A DNA stretch of 64,000 bases from an uncultured Clostridium sp. (GTDB lineage: Bacteria > Bacillota_I > Bacilli_A > RF39 > UBA660). Below are positions 29,247 to 38,071 of this stretch, piece by piece. Made by a program: the position numbers and the translations under genes. Below the pieces are notes generated by a model that worked only from the letters and a program-made list of their open reading frames with translations, was not told where the DNA came from and did not search any database. The stretch covers positions 1,611 through 65,610 of the forward strand of contig CAZOBH010000004.1 of assembly GCA_964578175.1 (NCBI GenBank), written 5' to 3'. Within the stretch, counting starts at the first letter, position 1. Every line of letters begins with the position of its first letter.

Positions 29247-30854
29247 ATGAACAAAAAGAAAATTTTTATAACTTTTTTAACAATTGTTTTATTAGTTAGT
29301 ACAACTAAAGTATTAGCTCTTAGTAAAACTACAGTTAAAGCAACAACTAATAGATATCAAGAAACTAAAATATCTTGGACTAAAGTAAGTGGAGCAAAAA
29401 AATATAGAGTATATAGATGTAATAGTAAAGGTAAAAATTGTAAAAGCATTAAAACTACTATATATAGAAAATATACTGATAAAAAAGGTAAAGAAGGAAC
29501 TACTTATATATATAAAGTAAGAGCATATAAAGGAAGCACATCTTCTTTATCAAACGGAGTTAAAGGGTTAAAGTTATATGATGGTATAAGCTATAGTGTT
29601 AGCAATAGTGCTTATAATACAAATACTATTTCAATTAATAAATTAGCAACAGCGAAATATTATTATATTTATAGAGCAACATCTAAATATGGAAAATATA
29701 CTAAAATAGCAACTATTAAAAATAATGGAAGCCCTATAAAATATTATGACAAAAATGTATCTTTTAATAAAAAATATTATTATAAAATAAGAGTAGGAAA
29801 TGCAATTAATTATGGTGCATATAGTTCTAAAAAATATGTAGTTACTAAAAATATAGCTAAACCTGGAATAAAAGCACAAGTTGTAGCTATGAAAATTAAT
29901 TTAAGTAATTATAAAGTAACTGGAGCAACTGGATATGATATATATTATTCAACTGATAATAAAAAGTTTACGAAACTAGTTAGAACTACTAGTACAAGTT
30001 ATAGTAAAGAATTGAGTGCTAAAACATATTATGTAAAAATAAGAGCTTATAGAAAAGTAGGAAGCAATTATTACTATAGTGGATATTCTAATACAGTTAA
30101 TTTTATAATAGTTCAAATGTCTAAAGATAATGCTAAAGCAGTAGAAAATGCAAATAAATATGCAAATACTCTACATTTATCTAAAAAAGCAATTACTAAT
30201 AAATTAATTTCAGATAATTTTTATCAAAGTGCTATAGATTATGCATTATCTCATATAACGGTTAATTATAATAATAATGCGTTAGAAAGAGCTAAATATT
30301 ACAGTAGTAATTTCAATATGTCTAAAAATGGAATTTATGCTCAATTATTAATCGGATTTGGAGAAGGATTTACTGAAAGTGAAGCATTATATGCTATTAA
30401 TAATTTAAATGTTAATTATAATGAGAGTGCTTTAAAGTACGCTACTAATGCATATAAAAACAAGAATTTATCTAGATATGAAATTTATAAAGACTTAGTT
30501 AATGAAGAAAAATATACTGATAGCGAAGCTAAATATGCTATTAATAAATTAGATTTTAATTTTAAAAATATAGTTTCGTATTCAATTAACAAAGCAATAA
30601 ATGATAATTATTATTCTAGACAAGGTCTTATAAAATATTTAGTAGATTTTGAATTATACACTGAAGAAGAAGCAATTTATGGAGTTGATAATAGTTCGAT
30701 TGATTTTAAATTAAATGCTTTAAATGAAGCAAAAGAGTATTATGAATTAGTTCAAGAGAATGAACTTGATGAAAGTATGATAAAAGAGACTTTAGAAAAA
30801 AGTTTATATACAGAAGATGAAATAGAATATGCTTTATCTAATATGGATAAATAG
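29247..30854 (+). CDS. Secreted protein with three FN3-like repeats and five Ltp-like (host cell surface-exposed lipoprotein family) repeats
   Basis: Signal peptide. Three ~85-aa repeats each end in Y.YKVRAY, YYKIRV or YYVKIRAY. Five ~48-aa helical repeats follow from about nt 30129 (A..YA....S...I...L....F...EA.YAI..L.VNY). Confidence 0.7.
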   Translation: MNKKKIFITFLTIVLLVSTTKVLALSKTTVKATTNRYQETKISWTKVSGAKKYRVYRCNSKGKNCKSIKTTIYRKYTDKKGKEGTTYIYKVRAYKGSTSSLSNGVKGLKLYDGISYSVSNSAYNTNTISINKLATAKYYYIYRATSKYGKYTKIATIKNNGSPIKYYDKNVSFNKKYYYKIRVGNAINYGAYSSKKYVVTKNIAKPGIKAQVVAMKINLSNYKVTGATGYDIYYSTDNKKFTKLVRTTSTSYSKELSAKTYYVKIRAYRKVGSNYYYSGYSNTVNFIIVQMSKDNAKAVENANKYANTLHLSKKAITNKLISDNFYQSAIDYALSHITVNYNNNALERAKYYSSNFNMSKNGIYAQLLIGFGEGFTESEALYAINNLNVNYNESALKYATNAYKNKNLSRYEIYKDLVNEEKYTDSEAKYAINKLDFNFKNIVSYSINKAINDNYYSRQGLIKYLVDFELYTEEEAIYGVDNSSIDFKLNALNEAKEYYELVQENELDESMIKETLEKSLYTEDEIEYALSNMDK

Positions 30855-30876
30855 AATACATAAGTATTCTTTTTTT
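30853..30876 (+). terminator. Rho-independent terminator
   Basis: AGAATAC-ATAA-GTATTCT hairpin plus T6. Confidence 0.6.
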
Positions 30877-30916
30877 CTTAGTTATGATATAATATTCAAT
30901 GTTAGAGGTAAAAGAT

Positions 30917-31042
30917 ATGGAAAAAATGAAAAAAGAAGAAAATTTAGTTGATGATTTAGAATTATTAAGAGAGTATGGATTTAATATAGATGAGATGTTA
31001 AGTCAAATAAATGCTGAAGAAAACGAAGAAGAAAACAATTGA
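30917..31042 (+). CDS. Possible 41-aa acidic small protein (below the ORF-track size cutoff)
   Basis: ATG 5 nt after AGAGGTAAAAG. Translates as MEKMKKEENLVDDLELLREYGFNIDEMLSQINAEENEEENN, ending in TGA. Fills an otherwise empty 237-nt gap upstream of 31092. Confidence 0.3.
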   Translation: MEKMKKEENLVDDLELLREYGFNIDEMLSQINAEENEEENN

Positions 31043-31091
31043 TTTTGATTTTGAAAGATAATATACTTTAAATAGAGTAGGAGGATGAACA

Positions 31092-31565
31092 ATGGATTAT
31101 TATTCTGGCGGATCTGGCGAGACAAACTATAGTAATATGCCTGAACCAGCTCCTAGTAACAATAATTTTAAAAGTTTTTTAAAAGAAAACTATACAATTA
31201 TCTTATTGGTTTTAGCTATAATAATAGTTATACTTGGTGCATTATTCCTACTTAGTGGAATAAATAGTGGACCAGATGATGATATTGGTAAAGATACTAA
31301 TAGTAAATTATCAAGTTTAACAGTAAATGGTGGTAGTTTAAACCCTGCCTTTGATAAAGAAACAAAAGAATATACGATTACACTTAATCCTACAAATACA
31401 GAAGAAAATATAACATTCTCATGTGAAACAGTTAGTAGTAAAGCAATAGTAACTGGATGTGATGAAGTAATTAGTTTAAAAGGTAAAATGGGAACTATTC
31501 ATACAATTAGAGTTGAGGCAGAAGATACAAGTGTTACACGTTATACTTTTAATATAAAAAGATAA
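31092..31565 (+). CDS. Type-II membrane protein with extracellular cadherin-like beta-sandwich domain
   Basis: 157 aa with an AGGAGG RBS, a cytoplasmic N-terminus and one TM. LSSLTVNGGSLNPAFDKETKEYTITL...RYTFNIKR matches the same domain pattern seen in the 20575 and 22123 proteins. Confidence 0.65.
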   Translation: MDYYSGGSGETNYSNMPEPAPSNNNFKSFLKENYTIILLVLAIIIVILGALFLLSGINSGPDDDIGKDTNSKLSSLTVNGGSLNPAFDKETKEYTITLNPTNTEENITFSCETVSSKAIVTGCDEVISLKGKMGTIHTIRVEAEDTSVTRYTFNIKR

Positions 31566-31569
31566 TAAT

Positions 31570-31594
31570 AAGAGTGATTATATCACTCTTTTTT
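31570..31594 (+). terminator. Rho-independent terminator
   Basis: AAGAGTGAT-TAT-ATCACTCTT hairpin plus T-run. Confidence 0.65.
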
Positions 31595-31619
31595 GTTATA
31601 ATAATTATATGTTTTATGT

Positions 31620-31695
31620 GCTGAAATAGCTCAGTTGGTAGAGCAGCTCCCTCGTAAAGAGCAGGTCGCAGGTTCAAGTCCTGTTTTCAGCACCA
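31620..31695 (+). tRNA. tRNA-Thr (anticodon CGU)
   Basis: 76 nt with acceptor GCTGAAA/TTTCAGC, D-arm GCTCAGTTGGTAGAGC and anticodon loop CT-CGT-AA. T-loop TTCAAGT and encoded ACCA. Confidence 0.9.
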
Positions 31696-31704
31696 TTTAT
31701 AATT

Positions 31705-31737
31705 AAAAACAAGAATTATTTCAATTCTTGTTTTTTT
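31705..31737. terminator. Bidirectional terminator
   Basis: CAAGAATT-ATTTC-AATTCTTG hairpin flanked by A5 and T7. Overlaps the stop of the convergent minus-strand gene. Confidence 0.65.
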
Positions 31738-32639
31738 ATACTTAAAACATGATCTAGTCTTGGATAAGCAATTGAATAACTACTTGAACTACTTTCAAAT
31801 AAAATATATAGTTTATCATCTTTATATACTATTCCTTCTGCCATTGGTGGTAAAGTTATAGTTTTAACTAAGTTATTTTTATTAAATTTATAATAAGGTA
31901 TTTTATTATTATTTAGTTCATAATATTCATTTTTTTCTTCTAATACATTTTTATATATAGATAATTTAGAATTAATTAGATAAGTAAATGAACTAGTAAA
32001 TATAAATCTATTGTTTTCATCTATTTCCATACCTTGAACCATTTTAGGAAGAGAAATAACATAACTTGGTTTATTATAATCTAAATTATTTATATCATAT
32101 CCCATTAATAATGGATTATTATTAGGTACTGGATAAAATGGATTTAAAAAGAAATCTCCAATCCAAAGTATATTATTTTTATAATAAGAAAAATCTCCAC
32201 GTACAGGTAATTCATATGAATCGATATATTCTATTTTATTATTACTATTAATAATATCTTCTAACTTATAAATAAATACTTTATAATCACTAGTTATAAA
32301 TACTAAATCATTATTATTAGTTATACCTCCAACGTGTGAATTATTATTAACTAATTCTAATTCTTTAATAAATTTATAATTTTTATCTGTTATATAAATT
32401 TTACTATTACTATGTTTTTTATTATAAGATGTTTGTATATATATTTCATATTTATCTGAATAGGTTAATCCTTGTGGAATGTAACCATTTTTATTTCCTT
32501 GAACCAAAAACTCTTCTTTATACATGTTTTCATTTATTTTATAAAATATATTTATTCTTAAATAATCAATTATAAGTATTAATATTCCTAGCAATAAGAT
32601 TAATAATAAGATCATAAAAAAGTAGTTTATATATTTCAT
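31716..32639 (-). CDS. Membrane-anchored extracytoplasmic protein, beta-rich (propeller-like), unknown function
   Basis: 307 aa with an N-terminal TM and then Asn/Tyr-rich repetitive beta-strand-like sequence. GGTGA RBS. No firm family. Confidence 0.6.
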   Translation of the reverse strand: MKYINYFFMILLLILLLGILILIIDYLRINIFYKINENMYKEEFLVQGNKNGYIPQGLTYSDKYEIYIQTSYNKKHSNSKIYITDKNYKFIKELELVNNNSHVGGITNNNDLVFITSDYKVFIYKLEDIINSNNKIEYIDSYELPVRGDFSYYKNNILWIGDFFLNPFYPVPNNNPLLMGYDINNLDYNKPSYVISLPKMVQGMEIDENNRFIFTSSFTYLINSKLSIYKNVLEEKNEYYELNNNKIPYYKFNKNNLVKTITLPPMAEGIVYKDDKLYILFESSSSSYSIAYPRLDHVLSIKKQELK

Positions 32640-32663
32640 ATCATCACCAAAAATATTTTAACA

Positions 32664-32688
32664 TAGAAAAAGACCTTTTAGGTCTTTT
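32664..32688 (-). terminator. Terminator after the deacetylase gene (minus strand)
   Basis: AGACC-loop-GGTCT hairpin followed by T5 on the minus strand. Confidence 0.55.
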
Positions 32689-34081
32689 AATTTGCTATTT
32701 TTTGATGAACTGTAGGTGAGCTTTCTGTTAATACTCTAAACTCATATCCTTCGTTAGTTAAAGTTTCTAATATACTTGGTAAGGCTTTTAAAGTAGATGT
32801 TTTAATATCATGACATAATACTATTGAGTAATTTCTTTTATGAACGCCATTAACAACGTTATTATAAATTTTTGTTGATGAAACGCTTCCACCTGCTGCA
32901 TCACCAGATGATACATTCCAGTCAAAATAAACATATCCTTTACTTTGCATGACATCTGAAAGTTTAGTCATTATACCTTTAGATTGTTTTCTTGAAACAG
33001 TATTTGAACTACCTCCAGGAAATCTAAATAATTTAGTTTCTTTTCCAGTTTGTTCTTTTATTACTTTATTCATTTTATTAAAATCATTTAAATAAGCATC
33101 TACACTTTTATATATATTCCATTTATGAGTATATGAATGAACTGCAATAGCGTGTCCTCTTTTTGCTTCTTCTTTTATTAAATATGTATATTTTGGAAAT
33201 TGATGTGTTACGAAGAATGTAACTTTAACATCATATTTATCAAGTATATCTAAGAATTGTTTAGTATAAGGTCCAGGTCCATCATCAAAAGTTAAATAAA
33301 CTACTTTTCCTTTTCCATTGTAACTAACTTTTTTATTATTTGATTTATATATATTAATAGTTCTAGTTACAGTACTTTTTTTACCAAAAGAGTTTTCAAC
33401 AGTATAAGTTATTTTATATGTTCCTTCCTTTTTGGTATTTACTGTTCCTTCTATTTTAATTTTATCAGTTAGATCTCCATCACATTCATCACTTGCTGTT
33501 GCGCCATCTTCTTTATAATTTGTATTTAATTTTAAATAAATATTATTGCTACCATTTAATTTTATTTTTGGAGTTGATTCTTTAAACTCTATTTCTTTTT
33601 CTACAACTTCTTCATTACCAGAAGTATCTTTAACTTTATAAATTATTTTTTTATTTTCTTGATCAAGGCTTACTTCTACTTTATCAGTAAGATCACCATC
33701 ATAATTATCTATTGCACTATATTTATATTCTTGATATTTATCTTTACAAATACTAGTGTCTTCATATTCAAGTTTAATAGTTGGTTTTTCATTATCTACA
33801 ACTTTTACAGTCTTTGTTTTTTTACTTTTAAATATAAAATACTTAGCCTCATATGTTTCTTTGTATGTACCAACTTTTTCATTGTTAACATTACTTTTAA
33901 CTTTGGTACTATTTATTTTATGTAATAGGTTATATGCTTTTACATTTTCACCTTTATAGTCTGTTTTTACTTCTATTGTTTCTTCTTTTTCGTTTAATTC
34001 AATTCTAGGATAGATTATAAATGATATTAAACTAAGTAAAAATATTATTACGCTAATTGATATAAATATATATTTTTTCAT
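32687..34081 (-). CDS. Polysaccharide/peptidoglycan deacetylase (NodB/CE4) with two N-terminal Ig-like (DUF5011-type) domains
   Basis: 464 aa with an N-terminal TM and two D.YDGDLTDK-containing Ig-like repeats. The NodB core follows (YLTFDDGPG, HSYTH, FRFPGGS). Confidence 0.85.
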   Translation of the reverse strand: MKKYIFISISVIIFLLSLISFIIYPRIELNEKEETIEVKTDYKGENVKAYNLLHKINSTKVKSNVNNEKVGTYKETYEAKYFIFKSKKTKTVKVVDNEKPTIKLEYEDTSICKDKYQEYKYSAIDNYDGDLTDKVEVSLDQENKKIIYKVKDTSGNEEVVEKEIEFKESTPKIKLNGSNNIYLKLNTNYKEDGATASDECDGDLTDKIKIEGTVNTKKEGTYKITYTVENSFGKKSTVTRTINIYKSNNKKVSYNGKGKVVYLTFDDGPGPYTKQFLDILDKYDVKVTFFVTHQFPKYTYLIKEEAKRGHAIAVHSYTHKWNIYKSVDAYLNDFNKMNKVIKEQTGKETKLFRFPGGSSNTVSRKQSKGIMTKLSDVMQSKGYVYFDWNVSSGDAAGGSVSSTKIYNNVVNGVHKRNYSIVLCHDIKTSTLKALPSILETLTNEGYEFRVLTESSPTVHQKIAN

Positions 34082-34097
34082 CTCTCATCAACCCCTT

Positions 34098-34523
34098 TTA
34101 TACTTTATCAAAGTAAGTTATTTTCCTTTCCATAACATCATCTTCAATGGCGTCTCTTAGAAGTTTTCTTACTTTTTTACCATCTTTTATATTCTTTAAT
34201 ATAATAAATTTATGAGGTCCTTCATCATTAGCGTCTTTATCAACTTTAACAATAACTGTTGATACTCCAATTATTCTTTGATAAATATTTTCTATTAAAT
34301 CAGGATCTTTTAATTTATATAGTTCAATAGTGTTAGTTTTTCTTGAAAAGAAACCTTTAATAATAATTAATTCATCTTCTGTTATTTGATATGTAGTAAA
34401 ATTCATATGAATTTTTGTTAAGAATCTTTGAAATAAACCTGATGGTTTTCCTTCCCATAAAATATTAAATTCAGTTTTATCGAAATCTTTTGCTTTCTTT
34501 GTTACTTGTTCATTATCACTCAT
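34098..34523 (-). CDS. Bacterial PH-domain-like protein
   Basis: 141 aa. The pattern ILWEGKPS...YQITEDELIIIKGFFSRKTNTIELYKLKD...STVIV resembles bPH_2/YdbT-type PH domains. GGAGAG RBS. Confidence 0.5.
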   Translation of the reverse strand: MSDNEQVTKKAKDFDKTEFNILWEGKPSGLFQRFLTKIHMNFTTYQITEDELIIIKGFFSRKTNTIELYKLKDPDLIENIYQRIIGVSTVIVKVDKDANDEGPHKFIILKNIKDGKKVRKLLRDAIEDDVMERKITYFDKV

Positions 34524-34573
34524 AATATCTCTCCATTCATAAGTAGATTATAACACCTATTATATCTAAATAG

Positions 34574-34600
34574 AATAAAAAAATACCTCTTTCGAGGTAT
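34574..34600 (-). terminator. Terminator (minus strand)
   Basis: ATACCTC-GAAA-GAGGTAT hairpin followed by T7 on the minus strand. Confidence 0.65.
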
Positions 34601-34603
34601 AAC

Positions 34604-35788
34604 TTATTCATCTGATAAATTATCAAAATATCCTTGAATATATACAACTGGTGTACCTTTATCTCCAGAGCCACTTGTTAGATCACATAAAGATCCGATT
34701 AAGTCAGTATATCTTCTAGGAGTTGTTCCTTGTGTAATCATTTTTCCTTTTAATTCCTTATCTTTATTTTTAATTTCTTCACGCATAGCTTTTTCAAGTT
34801 CTTCGCCTTGTAATTCTTTTAATTTATTATCAGATACAAATTTTAACTTAATTTCATTAGGTGTTCCTTCTAATCCACTAGTATATGCTGGAGAAACTAC
34901 TGGGTCAGCAAGCTCCCATATTTTTCCAACTGGATCTTTAAATGCTCCATCTCCATAAACCATTACTTCAATAGTTTTGCCAGTCTTTTCTTTTAAAATA
35001 GATTGGATATTATTAACTAATTCATTTCCAGTTCTTGGGAATAATTTTAATCTTTCTTCAGTAGATTTATTAGAACCTAAAAGTCCATAATCTTTATTAA
35101 ATCCAGAACCATTAATAGATTCAGTCATAATATCTGTAAGAGATAATACATGACCTCCCTTATTTGTTAATCTTTCTTTTGTTTTATTTCTTGTATGAAT
35201 ATCACAGTTAATAACATCTTTTGTATATTCTAGAATAGTATCACTATCATTTGATAGAATAAATTCTGCTTCACAATTTTCGCTTTCTACTAATTCTTTA
35301 TAAAAATCTAACATATTGATTCCAGTAAATGGATGGATCCAATCACCAAAAAATTCTTTATATTCTTTTTCAGTAATGATGCTACCTAAATTATAATTAC
35401 TTTTATCTAATTTATCTTCATCTAAAATACCATTACCTACTTCATCACTTGGAAAAGATAATTGAATAGTTAATTTATTCATTGCCCTTGCCATAGCTTT
35501 TAATATTAATGAAAATCTATTTCTACTTAATATTGGAAATAATATACCTAAGTGATCAGTATTAAATTTAGATTTAATATCTTGTACTATTTCATCAATT
35601 GTTACATAGTTTCCTTCACTTATTCCAACAACAGCTTCAGTAATTGCAACTATATCTCTATCTTTAAATTCAAATCCTTCTTCTTTTTGTGCTTCTAATA
35701 GAGAATTAACTACTATTTCATCTAATTTATCATTCTCTCTAATTATATTTGTTCTTATTCCTCTTACTACAGTTCCTACTCTTCTCAT
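34604..35788 (-). CDS. CofE-like (F420-0:gamma-glutamyl ligase family) protein, long form
   Basis: N-terminal RENDKLDEIVV...DRDIVAITEAVVGISEGN and C-terminal GSGDKGTPVVYIQG parallel the CofE motifs (GDdL, V.SKAEGR, GEGGDGIPAVVVRG). Start set to the ATG after GGAGG. Confidence 0.55.
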   Translation of the reverse strand: MRRVGTVVRGIRTNIIRENDKLDEIVVNSLLEAQKEEGFEFKDRDIVAITEAVVGISEGNYVTIDEIVQDIKSKFNTDHLGILFPILSRNRFSLILKAMARAMNKLTIQLSFPSDEVGNGILDEDKLDKSNYNLGSIITEKEYKEFFGDWIHPFTGINMLDFYKELVESENCEAEFILSNDSDTILEYTKDVINCDIHTRNKTKERLTNKGGHVLSLTDIMTESINGSGFNKDYGLLGSNKSTEERLKLFPRTGNELVNNIQSILKEKTGKTIEVMVYGDGAFKDPVGKIWELADPVVSPAYTSGLEGTPNEIKLKFVSDNKLKELQGEELEKAMREEIKNKDKELKGKMITQGTTPRRYTDLIGSLCDLTSGSGDKGTPVVYIQGYFDNLSDE

Positions 35789-35880
35789 AATAACCTCCAA
35801 GTGTATTTTAACATAATATTTTTTTATTTTGAATAATAGACTTTATTTTATCTATTTGATATAATGACTTTGGTGATTTT

Positions 35881-36669
35881 ATGAAAAACTTTTTTAAGAA
35901 TATGAAAAAGTATAACAAATATGCGATTAGAGCTGCAAAATCAGAATTAAAAAGTGAAGTTGCCGACTCATATTTAAACTGGTTATGGTGGATTATAGAA
36001 CCGTTTTGTTTTATGTTAATCTATACATTTGTATTTGGAACTGTATTTCATAATACACAACAATACTTTGCATCTTTCGTTATGGTAGGACAAGCATTAT
36101 GGCAATTTTTTGAAAGAATGATTAAAGGTAGTGTAAATCTAATTATATCTAATAGAGATTTAGTTACTAAGGTATATTTACCTAAATATATATTATTATA
36201 TTCTAAATCATTAACTTATTTATTTAAGTTTGCTATTTCTATAGGATTAGCAATTGGATTAATGATATTCCAACATGTACCTATAACTATTTATTTCTTA
36301 TATATTATACCTGTATTAATAGTATTATATTTATTATCATTTGGTATTGGTCTAATTCTAATGCACTTTGGTGTTACATTAAATGACTTAGCAAATCTTA
36401 CAAATATAGCTTTAAGAATGGTATTTTACTTATCTGGTATATTCTATAACATTAGAGCAAGACTTCATGGAACATTAGGTTATTTACTACTAAGACTTAA
36501 TCCAGCAGCATTTTTAATGGATGAAGCAAGAAAAGCTATGATTTGGGGGCCAAAATATCATCTTGGATTAAAAGTGTTATGTGTTTGGTGCCTTGTAGCA
36601 GTTCTATTATGCATTATAGGTATTAATTTAATTCATAAGAACGAAAACAGTTATGCGAAGGTGATTTAA
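35881..36669 (+). CDS. ABC-2 type polysaccharide/teichoic-acid export permease (TagG/Wzm type)
   Basis: 262 aa with six TM segments. Typical N-terminal L.WLWWIIEP motif. One-nt overlap (TAATG) with the ATPase gene. Confidence 0.8.
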   Translation: MKNFFKNMKKYNKYAIRAAKSELKSEVADSYLNWLWWIIEPFCFMLIYTFVFGTVFHNTQQYFASFVMVGQALWQFFERMIKGSVNLIISNRDLVTKVYLPKYILLYSKSLTYLFKFAISIGLAIGLMIFQHVPITIYFLYIIPVLIVLYLLSFGIGLILMHFGVTLNDLANLTNIALRMVFYLSGIFYNIRARLHGTLGYLLLRLNPAAFLMDEARKAMIWGPKYHLGLKVLCVWCLVAVLLCIIGINLIHKNENSYAKVI

Positions 36670-37442
36670 TGAAAAAGAAAAATAAAGTTGAAAAAAAGGT
36701 TACAGAAAAGCCTAAAAAGATAGCTGTTTCTGTAAAAAACTTACATATTACTTATAGAGGCCTTAAGAAAACATCAATTAGAGCATCTTGGAAACATATT
36801 GGTGATAAAATTGAAACTTTTGAAGCCTTAAAAGGTATTAGTTTTGAACTAGAAGAAGGAAAAATTCTAGGGATTATTGGAAAAAATGGTTCAGGTAAAT
36901 CTACTATGCTTAGAGCTATAGCAGGAATATTTTCACCTGATAAAGGATCAATTAATCTTCATGGTAATAGTATTTCATTATTATCTATTGGTGTAGGTTT
37001 TAATAAAAAATTAACAGGAAGAGAAAATATTTATTTATCTGGAATGTTATTAGGATTTAGTGAAGAAGAAATTGCTAAGAAAGAAAAAGAAATAATTGAA
37101 TTTGCAGATATTGGTGACTTTATACATAAACCAGTTAAAACTTATTCTTCTGGAATGTATTCAAAACTTGCTTTTGCAATTACAGCTATACTTGAAACAG
37201 ATATTATGTTAATAGATGAAGTTTTATCGGTTGGAGATGTTAAATTTAAACAAAAGAGTTATAATAAGATGAAAGAACTTATTTCCGCTGATACAAGAAC
37301 AGTAATAATTGTTTCTCATAGTTTGGACACTATTAGTGAGTTATGTGATGAAGTGTTATGGATTAATGATGGTGAACAAATAATGATTGGACCAACAGAT
37401 GAAGTAATACCTAAATATCAAGAATTTATGGATTCACAATAA
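36669..37442 (+). CDS. Polysaccharide/teichoic-acid export ATP-binding protein (TagH/Wzt type)
   Basis: Walker A GKNGSGKST, signature YSSGMYSKLAFA and Walker B MLIDEVLSVGD. The GFNKKLTGRENIY region is typical of TagH, KpsT and Wzt. Confidence 0.85.
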   Translation: MKKKNKVEKKVTEKPKKIAVSVKNLHITYRGLKKTSIRASWKHIGDKIETFEALKGISFELEEGKILGIIGKNGSGKSTMLRAIAGIFSPDKGSINLHGNSISLLSIGVGFNKKLTGRENIYLSGMLLGFSEEEIAKKEKEIIEFADIGDFIHKPVKTYSSGMYSKLAFAITAILETDIMLIDEVLSVGDVKFKQKSYNKMKELISADTRTVIIVSHSLDTISELCDEVLWINDGEQIMIGPTDEVIPKYQEFMDSQ

Positions 37443-37466
37443 AATGCATTAAATGCATTTTTTTGT
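37442..37466 (+). terminator. Rho-independent terminator
   Basis: AAATGCAT-TAA-ATGCATTT hairpin plus T-run. Confidence 0.6.
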
Positions 37467-37537
37467 TTTAATTAATCGTATTGATTGAAAATGAATTTTA
37501 TAAATGTTAATATATAATAGAATAGAGGTTGATGCTA

Positions 37538-38047
37538 ATGGAATACGTTATAAATTTCTTTGAATACGGAGTTAGAGGTATTTGGTATGTACTATGGGTT
37601 GTAGTTCTTGTTATAGTTGGATTTGCATTTTTGGGTATAATTGGAAACAAACAAACATTAAAAAGAAATGCTGAATTAGAAAAGAAAAGAGAAGAACAAG
37701 CTAAAAATGAAGCTAATAAAACTCATGAACAAATGGAGAAAAATTCTCAATTTGGAGGAATTGACACTACATTGGATGAAGAGGCTAAAGAAGCTGAAGA
37801 AAATGCTCAAAAAGATGCGAGTGCTACAAATCAAGCTGTTGCAACACCAGTAGTAGAACCAGTCGCTGAGACAAAACCAACTGAGTCTGAACAAAAAGAA
37901 GAAGTTCCACAAGTACTTAACTTAGATGAGGTAGGAACAACTGAGGTTAAAGAAGAAAAACCAGTTGAGGTTCCTACTGTAGCAGAAACGGAAAAAAAGG
38001 AAGAAGTTCCTGAAGTATTAGATTTAGATAAAGTAGCAAATAAATAA
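37538..38047 (+). CDS. Membrane-anchored acidic low-complexity protein
   Basis: One N-terminal TM, then an E/K/P/V-rich region with a duplicated KEEVP(Q/E)VL(N/D)LD(E/K)V motif. Start chosen 9 nt after AGAGG. Confidence 0.5.
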   Translation: MEYVINFFEYGVRGIWYVLWVVVLVIVGFAFLGIIGNKQTLKRNAELEKKREEQAKNEANKTHEQMEKNSQFGGIDTTLDEEAKEAEENAQKDASATNQAVATPVVEPVAETKPTESEQKEEVPQVLNLDEVGTTEVKEEKPVEVPTVAETEKKEEVPEVLDLDKVANK

Positions 38048-38071
38048 AAATAAAACATATGGAGGTATACA

